Assembly: GCA_951406725.2 (NCBI GenBank)
Contig: OX597825.1
Span: 71,858,001-71,922,000, forward strand
DNA length: 64,000 bases
Reading direction: 5' to 3'
Origin: Octopus vulgaris
Taxonomy: Eukaryota
Shown here: positions 41,363 to 53,580 of the stretch, piece by piece
Layout: the number at the start of each line of letters is the position of its first letter
How positions within the stretch are numbered: the stretch's first letter is position 1
The notes under the pieces: model-generated
Told to the model about the DNA's origin: nothing
Seen by the model: the letters and a program-made list of their open reading frames with translations, nothing else
Databases searched by the model: none
Position numbers and translations under genes: made by a program

Positions 41363-41704
41363 TACTTTAAACTCTTCGGTTGCATATTTGCGTGAATAAA
41401 ATCGTTTTTTTGGGGAATAGAAAAAAGGCTATCTTTATTTCTTCTTTTTCTGCTGTCTCAAATTTAGGTTAAATCAGTGCTTCTCAAAGGGGAGGCCTAC
41501 AGGACGATCGGACAAGTTGTTTTGAGAAAATTTTGTTTAAATATTTGACAACTCAGCACCATCCATTGGTCGGGGGGGGGGGCGTTTTGCTCGTATATAA
41601 TATGAGAAGAGAATCCTGAAGAACTGGTATACTTTAGATGCACCGCAGAAAGACGCTGTTGAACGAATGTCCCAACCGCCTATTAACTATTGGTTCTCCT
41701 TATT

Positions 41705-41876
41705 TTTGTACTTGTTTCAGTGATTGGCCGGCTCTTCTTTCAAGGGTTTAGTCAAACAAATCGGCTCCTGTACTCAGCTTTTCTTTTTAAAGTCTGGTAC
41801 TTATTCTATCATGCTCTTTCGCCGGATCACTAGGTACGGGGTATTTTAACACACCAGTACCGGTTATGTGGTGGGG

Positions 41877-41915
<39 letters not shown>

Positions 41916-42086
41916 TCACACGACGGGCTTCCACGCAGTTGCTATATACCAAATTCATTAATAAATCATTGGTTAGTCCGGGGTTATAGCCGGAGACATT
42001 TGTGAAAGGTGCCGTGCAGTGGGATAGAACCCAAAACTACAAAGTCTCAAAGCATGCTTCTTAACTAGACAGCTATGCCTGTGCCT
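41705..42086 (-). mobile_element. SINE family B, diverged copy in intron 2
   Basis: Reverse match to the 26720 copy. Confidence 0.8.
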
Positions 42087-42157
42087 ATTTTCACAATAAA
42101 TAAATAAATAAATAAACAAATTTTGAAGATATTTAATATTTCTTTGTCTTTCCGCAG

Positions 42158-42388
42158 GTTTGGTTTAAAAACAGAAGAGCAAAATGGCGGCGGCAAAAGA
42201 GAGAAGAATCTCAGAAAGGGACGATTGATGGAGACATGTTGGCAAATAAAGACGATTCTAATGCTTGTAAAACCGACGATGAAAGAATTGATGTCTTAAG
42301 TCTGGATCCTGTACCAGAAAGTGTTTCCCTCGATATGGGATTAGGACTTCAAGCGTCTGGAGAAATATCCAGTACGGCTTCACCCTGA
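42158..42388 (+). CDS. gsc: goosecoid coding exon 3 (helix 3 with K50, acidic tail, stop)
   Basis: Acceptor tctttccgcAG at 42156-42157. Translates VWFKNRRAKWRRQKREESQKG...EISSTASP*, with TGA at 42386-42388. The phase-0 intron lies between homeodomain codons 46 and 47, the canonical PRD-class position. Confidence 0.96.
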   Translation, partial: VWFKNRRAKWRRQKREESQKGTIDGDMLANKDDSNACKTDDERIDVLSLDPVPESVSLDMGLGLQASGEISSTASP

Positions 42389-42594
42389 CGGAATGTTGCG
42401 ATATTTGTTTTATGTGAAATCTCCTTCAAGCATTTTGTTTATTTGATTGCTTGTTTGTTTTCTTGTTATTGTTGTTGCTGTTGTTGCTTCAGTTGTGTTC
42501 AAGGAAGCACTGATATTTTTATTGATACCTTTTGAACTTCTCGTAGGGAAGTAACAATAACTCGTACTGCAGATGTACTCAATTACCGAGCAGC

Positions 42595-42842
42595 TTCTAA
42601 TTGGTAGCTTGATCTGCTAAAAACAGCAGCAATATTTTCCTCGAATCACATTCTACCATCTTAAAAAAAAGAAGGACACATATTTGGATCACATGGTCCT
42701 GGATGAACACTGCCTGTAAAATAGGAAAAAAAAGGAATAAGACGGGATGGTCATTGCTTGAATATCTTTGATCATAGCCCTGCTCAATCACAGGATGAAC
42801 TTGGGCTAAAAAAACAACAGCAACAACAACAGCAGCAACATC
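42595..42842 (+). mobile_element. dispersed retroposon tail in the presumptive gsc 3' UTR
   Basis: Ends GGGCTAAA(CAA)n. Diverged reverse copies at about 29430-29660 and 38158-38370. Confidence 0.55.
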
Positions 42843-44462
42843 AAAATAATTTTCAGTGAGGAAGCATTTGTTTGATTAAAAGCTTCTTTTGACATTTATT
42901 TCTGGACAACATAATTTAAAAGTAAAAATAAAAAATAATTATTAAGTCGCTGGACAGATTAAACATGGGATTAATTGCTGACTTTATTATCCCAAACCCT
43001 CCCCCCCAGTTCTCTACACCTCCTCAAATAAATGATCTACTCCGTTTTGCCCTCACATTAACTTCTCTTCTCCCGTCCCCTCTTGCTTTGAACTAGACAC
43101 CCAGGCTGGGCGTTTTGTAGCCGACATATTTGAAAACGTCTTCTCAAGTGTATTAATAGTGGTACGTATTTTATGGAGTCTCTTTGAACAATGAAAACCA
43201 AAGGACGTTCATTAAACTGGGTTTACATCAAAATAAGCCGTTCAATGTTGTATTTGTTTATCGATGTTTATCGATGTATATCGATGTATAAAGGTGCATG
43301 TAAATGTATTTAAATGAACTGTTTATCGAGCAACATACACTGACAATGAACGATATTTTCCGATTAAATCTTCACATAACAAAACAACAGTAAACATAAC
43401 AAATATTAAAACACCAACCATAACAAAAACACGGCAACAATAATAATAACAACAACAACAAAACCAAATCAAATAAAAGAAATATACAGACTATGAACTG
43501 ATTTCGTATTGTAATGGGGTAGTTTTGCTATCCTTATGAATTTCCTGTCTTTGAAAAATTCTAACATATCCATTTCTGAGTGGAGCATATTGTAACAAGG
43601 TCATTGGGTACCGTCTAAGCACTGTACAGTAAAGATAAACTTCTAACGAGCGAAGCTTGCAAACCAGGTTCTATTCCTGGTTAAGACATTTCACTTCGTT
43701 CGTTATCCGAGACCTGTGATTTATTTCATTCTTTTTCTTTCCCCACCTTTTTTTTTTTTTTCGTTTTTGCTTTCTCTACATTCAACAGGCTGGAAATGGA
43801 TGGACACCCATCTCCATGCACCCTACTCAAAAATGACTTGTCTTTCATAATTTCATACATCAAATAAAGCCAATTGAGAATCTTCCTTGGTGATGTGACC
43901 CAATGACTCATTAAGATATAATTTCGTTTTGATTTGATTTTTTTCTCTTTTTGCGGGAAATATAATATAACTGCATTTGAACTACCACTAGAAATCGAAA
44001 TCATGAATCATGAATCACAAATCTGGCCCTGTAGAGGGTTTCCTCCATGATGCTCAACTTGGATATTGATAACTACACGACCAATATCTAATATTTCATG
44101 GATATTCTAATAAAAATATCAATTCACCGCAACTGCTGCAAATATTGACAATAAAAATGAATTTTGTAAAAAAAATCGCAAAAAGTGCATTTCAATGGAT
44201 AATTTAAATAAAAATATTTTCTCAAGAATTGCAATGAGACAATGGTATTCTACAACTAATGACCAAGTTTAATGAAATGGACGTGTTTATATTACTGGTA
44301 CCTGTAACTGTTCCTCTGCGGGGAATAAACAGCAAAAAATCAACGCTGGCGTGATTTAAACTCGGTAAACGAAGATGAAAATAGGAGCGAATATAAAAAC
44401 GGAAAAGGCAAAGAAGTTATCTGAACATTTAACCCTCTTTCTCAACAAGCAGCGTGTTCCAC

Positions 44463-44526
<64 letters not shown>

Positions 44527-45125
44527 CAGCCAAAAAAAATGTAGAAATGTTGTATTACAATCACAAAGCAAAACATATCAATGGCTGAGTAAAAGAGAAA
44601 AAAAAATAACACTATCATATAATTGTAAATATTTCTTCCATGAGAACCAGACCATACATTGTTGGTGCTCTATTTTAGCGACTCCTGAGAGACGAAAGGT
44701 AAATCAAGCTCACCGGTATTTGAGCTTAGAACGTAAATTAAATACCTAGAACAAGGTATTTAATACGGTTCTCGAATCGATTTTCACCATCCATTCAGCT
44801 ATCAGTCACCAATTGCTTGACCAGTTCCCTAAGCTGTAATAACGATAACAACAAACAACAACAACAAACTGACAAACAATAATTACAACAACAGCAACGT
44901 GAATTGTGTGTTTCTGTCTAATGCATGAAGAAAATTACTGCGCAATTCTTAAAATTATTTGAAGACATGGACTATTAAAATTTTATTGAAAATTGAAACC
45001 AAATTGAAGAGTGAGCGAAATATGATAGCACAAGAACGACAACAAAAATGACATAAAAGAAATTTAAAAAAAAACATATCAGAAAGTATAAAAGGAAAAA
45101 AATAGCCCAAAACATTAAAACAAGT

Positions 45126-45161
<36 letters not shown>

Positions 45162-45787
45162 AGCAAGTCGAAAGCAAATTAGGCCTAATGATAAATTAAT
45201 TAATATAGTAATGATTTAGTTGATGATTGTTCATTGGTTTTAATATGTAAAATATGACTAACGTGAAATGTTTGACGTGTAAAGCTGGGGGAAAACACAC
45301 ACACAAAAAAAAACAAAAAAACAAGCAAACAATGAATGGCGGAATGAACGGATAAACGAATGAAAGAATGAAAGAATAAATGATTTATTAATGGAAGTAA
45401 ATAATGAATATAGTAATGTATAAATAAAGACAAAATGTATGAATAAAGGAATGATTATATAATAATTGAATAAAACGGTTTTTCACTCAGAATAATATAT
45501 TTTGCTTTCGTGATATGTTCTGCTTTCCTTCCTTTTGTGTATTCGAACGCTTGTATCTGTGCTTGCATGTACATGTTGCTTGTGTGTGTCACTTTTATCT
45601 TCTATTGGTTTTAGCCAGCGGCGGAGACCATGCTAGAACACCGCCTTCCAGTATGTGTTTGGGTGTCTTTTCTGTACAGTTTCCGGTGAAGAAGCGAGTT
45701 GGATGGAGGTGTTCTTCTTTCTGCGCCCTCCGAAATGTCAGTTCATCTGGTATTTCATGTAGAAATTTGTTCAGCCACTTTTTGAAA

Positions 45788-45859
<72 letters not shown>

Positions 45860-45867
<8 letters not shown>

Positions 45868-46382
45868 ACCGACCAGGCAATCAGATGTTGCTACACATCG
45901 CTGGTCACAATGCGCTTCGCATTGTTTTAGCCTTCAAATGACGCCACCCCGCTGGCTAAGCGAGCAGGCCAACAGAAGAAAAGTGAGAGAAAGTTGTGGT
46001 GAAAGAGTACAGCAGGTTCACCACCACCCCCTGCCGGAGCCTCGTGGAGCTTTAGGTGTTTTCGCTCAATAAACACACACAACGCCCGGTCTGGGAATCG
46101 AAACCGCGATCCTCCGACCGTGAGTCCGCTGCCCTATCCACTGGGCCATATTTATTGAGCGAAAACACCTAAAGCTCCACGAGCCTCCGCCAGGGACTAG
46201 TGGCGACCCCTGCTGTACTCTTTCGCCGCAACTTTCTCTCACTCTTTCTTCTGTTGGCTTGAGTAACGCTGCGATGGACTGGCGTCCCGTCCAGCTGGAG
46301 GGAACATTTGACGCCACAGAAACCGGGAAACCGGGCCCATGAGCCTGGCTAGGCTTGAAAAGGGCAACGTTTATCATTTATC

Positions 46383-46385
<3 letters not shown>
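45860..46385. mobile_element. two family C SINEs head-to-head: tail 1 (-) 45860-46148 and 5'-truncated tail 2 (+) 46151-46385
   Basis: The shared body is inverted over about 105 bp. Confidence 0.88.
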
Positions 46386-46420
<35 letters not shown>

Positions 46421-46917
46421 TGATATAAATATATATATGGAGACAAACACTTTTCCTCCATGCGATCGGCTTGGAAAATTGTTAAGACACTAGGATATTT
46501 TCTTACTTTTCTTAACATGAAACCAATGGTAGCCTTAATTCACAAATATAGAAATTCTATCCACCAATGCGGTGTTGAGCAATGTTAGTGGGTTTTCGAC
46601 GCTGTTTACAATTATCTCTAAAAAAGTATTTTTAATGTATCATGTAGATGTAATTCTTGATGCTGAATCCGAATTTGTTATTCATTTAATCCAGAAATAT
46701 TTTGTAAAAATATTACCGGTGTTCAAAGTTCAGAAAACAGTGCGTTCGCTCCCGCTTCCATCATCGGGGATGGGAGGAATATCGGCATATCAAAACATAG
46801 AACTAGCTGCAGTAAACATTGAAAAACATGAAAACATTATCGGGCAGATTAAATATTTAAAAGCTACGAACAAGCCAACAGGAGCTGTTAGAAATAACAG
46901 TCAAAACATTAGAATAT

Positions 46918-47107
46918 AGGCGCGGGAGTGGTTGTGTGGTGGTAAGTAGCTTGCTTACCAACCACATGGTTCCGGGTTCAGAAACTTCTCTCAGTTTCCG
47001 TCTCACAAGGCTTTGGTCGTCCCAAGGATATAGTAGAAGACACTTGCTTAATGTGCCACGCAGTAGGACTGAACCAGGAACCATGTGGTTTGTAAGCAAG
47101 CTACTTA
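46918..47107. mobile_element. family B fold-back chimera
   Basis: Arms at 46943-46981 and 47069-47107 are reverse complements (39 bp, 2 mismatches). Confidence 0.8.
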
Positions 47108-47358
47108 TATAGTAAGATATTATATATATAGTAAGATATGAAAATAGAGAGATAATTAATATATTATTAGTTATTAATTAAAAATTTGATTGACAAACAT
47201 CTCTTACACCTGTTTCAACTCTTGTCCTTCAGAAAATTAATCAATAAGATTAAAAATCATTTATACGAATCTCGTTGGAAGTAGTTTAAGATATACAAAA
47301 CGTGTTTAATTCCAGCATGTTGAGTAATCGGCTGTAAACCGTTAAAGGTTTGTAGCCG

Positions 47359-47524
<166 letters not shown>

Positions 47525-48156
47525 TAATAGAAAAAAGGGATCCGGAAGATAGAGTATGCTGGAAACTTTAGTTTTCATAATCATCGTTTCTACACATCCC
47601 GCATCGCTCCCTCGAGGGTGGGAAACTATATGATGAATTACAGTGCATCTCATGGTACGGAAACACCTCATCGGGTGACGTAATACAGGTTTTCGTTACA
47701 TAAGTAATATTTCGCTCTTACGATCAACTAGAGCATGTTGAAAGCAGTTGTAGTTCTACTTACGTACACACATACATACATATATACATAAAAGAATAAA
47801 AGAAAATATGTAGATAGATAGATATGAATATATGTGTGTATGTGCTTGCATATATATGTATGCATAAATATGTGTGCATGTGTGTGTATATCTGTATACA
47901 CACACATACACACATATGTGTGTGTGTATGCATACACGCACACATAAATATTCATATATACATGTATACATATCCTCTATCTTTTACAGGCTGCAGCCAT
48001 ATACTGCGGCCTTGCTGGGGCACCGTCTTGTAAATGGCTTTTCACGGTACTATTTATAGCTTTATATGTACTCCCAGAAGCAATTCACTCAAAATAATTT
48101 TCATTACATATGTATATATGTATGCATATATACACATTTGTGTAACTGTTTTTCCG

Positions 48157-48201
<45 letters not shown>

Positions 48202-48272
48202 TTATATATGCGTATACTTATCCATCCATCCATCCATCCGTACATACATACATACATACATACATACATACA

Positions 48273-48343
<71 letters not shown>

Positions 48344-48347
48344 TTAG

Positions 48348-48597
48348 AGACAAAACCACTATTTTGCAAAACAAACAAGGAAAGACTAATCAATACATAA
48401 AAAAAAAAACCGCCACTACAATTGTTTCTTGTCCTGATCGACAATCTTCATAATTTGAAACACTACAATAAGTCCACCTGAAGATTGTCGATCAGGACAA
48501 GAAACAATTGTAGTGGCGGTTTTTTTGACTTTTTATTAAAATTTTATGTATTGATTAAGTCTTTCCTTGTTTGTTTTGCAAAATAGTGGTTTTGTCT
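48348..48597. repeat. large inverted repeat (Penelope-like inverted terminus)
   Basis: Arms at 48348-48450 and 48479-48597 with a 28-nt spacer. A related arm fragment lies at about 28108-28350. Confidence 0.9.
48474..48516 (+). ncRNA. minimal type I hammerhead ribozyme motif
   Basis: CCAC-CTGAAGA-TTGTC-gatcag-GACAA-GAAA-C-AATT-GTA-GTGG. All three stems and the core are present; predicted cleavage is after A48512. Confidence 0.7.
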
Positions 48598-48732
48598 ATA
48601 TTATATATATTTTACTATAAAATTGGATTTAATCCTAAATCTGATTTATTTTTCCCTGTAAATTTGGATTTATTCCCTAATATTTATTATTATTATATAA
48701 ATATATATATATATATATATACATATATATAA

Positions 48733-49180
48733 TCTTTTAGCTTTTACTTGTATCAGTCATTTAGACTGCGGCCATGCTGGGGCTCCGCATAGAACTATTT
48801 TTACTCGAATGAATCGACCCCAGTACATGTTTTTAAAGCCTGGTAGTTATTCTATCGACCTCCCTTGTTGAATCGCTAAGTTATGGGGACGTAATCACAC
48901 CGCCACCGGTTATCAAACCGTGATGGAGGACAAACACAAACACCAAACACACATACATACACACGCACACACACATACACACACACATACATACACTCAT
49001 ACACACACTCACACGTATATACGGCGGGCTTCTTTCAGTTTCCGTTCATCAAATCCACTCAACAAGGCTTTGGTAGGCCACAGGCTATAGTTAAAGACAC
49101 TTACTCAAGGTGCCACGCAGTGGGATGGAACCCGGAACCATGTGTTTTGGAAGCAAGCGTCTTATCACACCGCCACGCCT
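48733..49180 (-). mobile_element. SINE family B, full-length copy
   Basis: Reverse match to the 26720 copy. Confidence 0.88.
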
Positions 49181-49487
49181 ATAGTTTCGCACACGCACAC
49201 ACATAGTTACAAGCGGGCGTTCACACTCGAACACGTTTCATATCGAAGAGATAGCTTTACTGAATAGTCTAACGGAATATAATAATTAATTGCTGAGTAA
49301 ATCCAATTATTTTATGAATTCTAATTCAGAATCTGCAATCGTTGATGTCGAGCAGAACTAATTGAAATAGCAATAGTGTGTAACTCTGGAGGACTCCCTA
49401 ATTAATAAACATACTCATTGTATTAATGTAATTATTTAGTGGTTAAATATAAATAATGATTGATTGTTACACTAATGTCATAATGAT

Positions 49488-49872
49488 GTGGAGGCGCAAT
49501 GGCCAAGTGGATAGGGCAGCGGACTCGCGGTCGGAGGATCGCGGTTTCGATTCCCAGACCGGGCGTTGTGAGTGTTTATTGAGCGAAAACACCTCAAAGC
49601 TCCACGAGGCTCCGGCAGGGGATGGTGGTGATCCCTGCTGTACTCTTTCACCACAACTTTCTCTCACTCTTTCTTCCTGTTTCTCTTCTACCTGTATTTC
49701 AAATGGCTGGCCTTGTCACTCTCTGTGTCACGCTGAATATCCCCGAGAACTACGTTAAGGGTACACGTGTCTGTGGAGTGCTCAGCCCCTTACACGTTAA
49801 TTTCACGAGCAGGCTGTTCCGTTGATCGGATCAACCGGAACCCTCGTCGTCGTAACCGACGGAGTGCTTCCA
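49488..49872 (+). mobile_element. SINE family C, tail type 3, with TSD
   Basis: AATGTCATAATG at 49474-49485 and 49874-49885. Confidence 0.92.
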
Positions 49873-49965
49873 GAATGTCATAATGTCATAAGGAATCTGT
49901 TTCCCTTTAAAACCGTATGACTAGAAACAATTGAGCTTATTTTGAGTGATTGTGTTAGATATTAG

Positions 49966-50347
49966 GAGCACTCCGTCGGTTGCGACGATAAGGGTCCCAG
50001 CTGATACGATCAACGGAACAGCTTGCTCGTGATATTAACGTGCAAGTGGCTGAGAACTCCACAGACACGTGTACCCTTAACGTAGTTCTCGAGGAGATTC
50101 AGCGTGACACACAGAATGTGACAAGGCTGGCCTTTGAAATACAGGTACAAGAGAAACAGGAAGAAAGAGCGAGAGAAAGTTGTGGTGAAAGAGTACAGCA
50201 GGGTTCACCACCACCCCCTGCCGGAGCCTCGTAGAGCTTTAGGTGTTTTCGCTCAATAAACACTCACAATGCCCGGTCTGGGAATCGAAACCGCGATCCT
50301 CCGACCGCGAGTCCGCTGCCCTAACCACTGGGCCATTGCGCCTCCAC
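49966..50347 (-). mobile_element. SINE family C, tail type 3, with TSD
   Basis: TGTGTTAGATATTAG at 49951-49965 and 50348-50362. Confidence 0.92.
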
Positions 50348-50823
50348 TGTGTTAGATATTAGCTTTCTACAGACAAGAGTATTGTTAACTAGAATTCTTA
50401 TTGTATGTAAAATTACCAGAAATTTTCCTGTGTATATTAAGTTGTTAATGAATTAGGCTAATCAAACATGATAATTATATTTGGTTATAGAAATGTTAGT
50501 TAAAACATTTACACCTAATTGTATTATGTGATTAAAGGAAATACACTATGCTTGTTAACAAAGTGGTTAACCACTCAATAAGCAAGTTAATACCAACAAG
50601 TTAATTTCTGAAAATGCTAACCAGAAATTATTTATTAAGAATCTTGTTAACTCAGATTGTTTATTCTGTTAAGTGCGCAATTTTACTAGTTATGCTATGT
50701 TGATATTCAGTTGTGAGGAGATTTAGCAGGGGACAGTGAACGACTTACAAAATTCACTGACCTGGGGTGTTTGTTGATTTGGGATTAATTCTCCAGACAC
50801 ACACACACACACAAACACACACA

Positions 50824-50988
<165 letters not shown>

Positions 50989-51176
50989 ACCCAGAATCTA
51001 ATTTCATATAAATTTTTAATATTTTTATATATAATACCATCAGAAAGGTAAGATGCCAGTCAACAGCTTTGGATGCCATGCTTTCATTGTGAGATTACAG
51101 CACACATACGGCATTTGTATTTTATTTTTTCTTGCTATACAGATATTAGTTTTTATATAAAGTATAAAAACAAAGA

Positions 51177-51425
51177 GTGGAGGTGCGATGGCCCAGTGGT
51201 TAGGGCAGCGGACTCGCGGTCGGAGGAAAGCTCCACGAGGCTCCGGCAGGGGGTGGTTGCGACCCCTGTTTAACTCTTTCGCCCCAACTTTCTCTCACTC
51301 TCTCTTCCTGTTTCTTGAGTAATAATGCGATGGACTGGCATCCCGTCCAGCTGGGGGGAATACATACGCCACAGAAACTGGGAAACCGGGCCCATGAGCC
51401 TGGCTAGGCTTGAAAAGGGCGCATA
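51177..51425 (+). mobile_element. SINE family C, tail type 2, internally deleted
   Basis: Head as in the 49488 copy; tail as in 46260-46365. Confidence 0.85.
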
Positions 51426-51754
51426 TAACATAAAAACAAAGCATTCAAAATTATTACAAGTACATGAAATGAAAACTGAAGAAATGGCAGCATTTTATTT
51501 TTAAAGTAACGTATAAATAATGATGCTAGTGAAATGACGGAAGGGAAATTCAGATTTCACGTAAAAATAATGTTTTGAACTTACTGTAAAAATGCAAAAA
51601 TACATGATAATCACTGCTTGCAACCTCACGTGCCATAACGGCACACAACAGCTGTACTTGGTGGAATCTTCTCAGCGATTTGTGGGATTTCCTATTTGTG
51701 GTGTGGTCATGTCAGTATAAAAAAATCTGAACAAATATAAACAAATCTGATAAA

Positions 51755-52250
51755 AGCAAAAATGATAAAACCCAGTCAGACAGCAAATGTAGAATCTGCA
51801 CAAAAGGAGACGAAATATCACTCATCACTTGAGTGAGTGCAGTACGCTTACGCAAAAAGAGTATAAGCGCAGGGATGCATTGGGATGTTAGCTAAGTGTG
51901 TTGCTTCAAAATAGCAGAAAAGCGAACACGAACCGGAGACTGCAATAGAAAATAATAATTACAGGATATAATGAGACTTCCTCATAAAATTGGTCGTACT
52001 ATTGAAGCAAGAATAATTGATGTGATTTTAGAGGACAAATTAAACAATGTAAAATCATAAACTTCACAACTGCCTGTGGTAGTAGATTAGATACTAAATA
52101 AACTTAACGAATAAAGAAATATCAATATCTAGCCAGAGTGTGAAGAGACTGCGGTAATTATTGCGGAGGACACAACACCCACAATGCTACCTAAGAGAAT
52201 GAGAGAGAATGCAACTGAGACTCGCATTGTCGACTTGCAGAAGCATTTTC
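51755..52250 (+). mobile_element. decayed R4/Dong-like retrotransposon C-terminus (CCHC knuckle plus restriction-like endonuclease)
   Basis: Fragments read DKTQSDSKCRICTKGDE..SECSTLTQKEYKRR, RTIEARIIDVILEDK, KYQYLAR and ETRIVDLQK. Confidence 0.65.
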
Positions 52251-52369
52251 ACCAAACCCCAATATAATATTCCTGCAAATTAAATGATTAAATTAGCATG
52301 CATTAATTTAACAACAACAACAGCAGCAGCAGCAGCAGCAGCAGCAACAGCAACAGAAACAGCAGCAGC

Positions 52370-52454
<85 letters not shown>

Positions 52455-52694
52455 TCAAATACAGAATAAGCAACACATCAGAAGTGATAAGTGCTGAATT
52501 TGTGGATAAAATGATGAAACTGTATGGCATATTGCCAGTCAATGTACGCCACATGAGATCGCCATGTCGCGCACATATGGTTGTGATGCATGTGCCTGGT
52601 GTACCCTTATCAGACGGGTAGTCATGATGAGTATACTGGGCTTCGTATATTTTACCCCAGTGTCACTTTGATGGCATGCACTGCTCTCTCACTC

Positions 52695-52819
<125 letters not shown>

Positions 52820-52829
52820 AAGGTCCACT

Positions 52830-53580
52830 GTTTTAGTGCTGATATTAGAATGGAATTCGTACTCAAGTGTGGTATAACGTACCTGAAAAGAGGCATGGTA
52901 CAGTCCCTAGCAGAGATAGAATTACCTAATAGAGAACTGATTAGACAAATTGAAAAGAAGGCTACAAATACTCTTGACATACTAGAGTTCAACGAAATCA
53001 TGGAAGAGAAAATGGAAGGACAACTGGGCATGGAATGTTTCCGAAGACTAAGATTGGTGTTGCGCTCGAAATTGACCGGATGGAATAAAATTCAAGTAGC
53101 AAATACATGGGCGATAGCATCCTTTCAGTGTGGAGCTGGAATCAGAAAATAGCAAAAGAAAGAATTGATGAACATGGATACGAAGACAAGAAAAAAGTAG
53201 CCTTCCACTCTATGAGTGACACCAATAGGCTGTACTTGTCTAGAAGAAAGGTTGAGAGAGGTTTGATCAGTTGCCAGGATTGTATCGAAGCAGGGGAAAA
53301 CAGCTTAGGGTGGTATGTAAAAAAAAATGCCGTGGAACCATTGTTGAAACGGGAAGAAGTCCGGCGCCATCAAAATTGATAATTGTGTAAAGAAAGAATA
53401 AACACAAAAGTCGAAACAGCATGGAAGGAGAAAAAACTATGTGAAGTGCAGAATCGACAACATTACTTAGAGTGACAAATGCAAAATGTGTGGTGACAGG
53501 GGTGAAACGGTATGGCACATCGTTAGCGAATGCCCGAAATTGGCGCAAAGCGATTACAAAAGACGACATAATAATAGAGC
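52830..53580 (+). mobile_element. decayed R4/Dong-like retrotransposon (RT thumb to CCHC knuckle)
   Basis: Fragments read MEFVLKCG..RRLRLVLRSKLTGWNKIQVANTWAI, FHSMSDTNRLYLSRRKVERGLIS and CKMCGDRGETVWHIVSECPKLAQSDYKRRH. Contains frameshifts and stops. Confidence 0.8.

Larger units (their letters stand above)
40769..42157 (+). other. gsc: gsc intron 2 (1,389 bp, GT-AG, phase 0)
   Basis: Splits the homeobox at E46/V47. Confidence 0.95.

Noticed and set aside
41476-41495. hAT-like terminus CAGTGCTTCTCAAAG
   Set aside because: No partner TIR or TSD found.
42900-44330. gsc polyadenylation site
   Set aside because: Several AATAAA hexamers occur in AT-rich sequence, and none can be chosen without transcript data.
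47195-47285. Minus-strand GAAACAGGTGTA hammerhead-like half
   Set aside because: No intact CUGANGA with a closable stem II. The candidates at about 21070 and 59010 fail in the same way.
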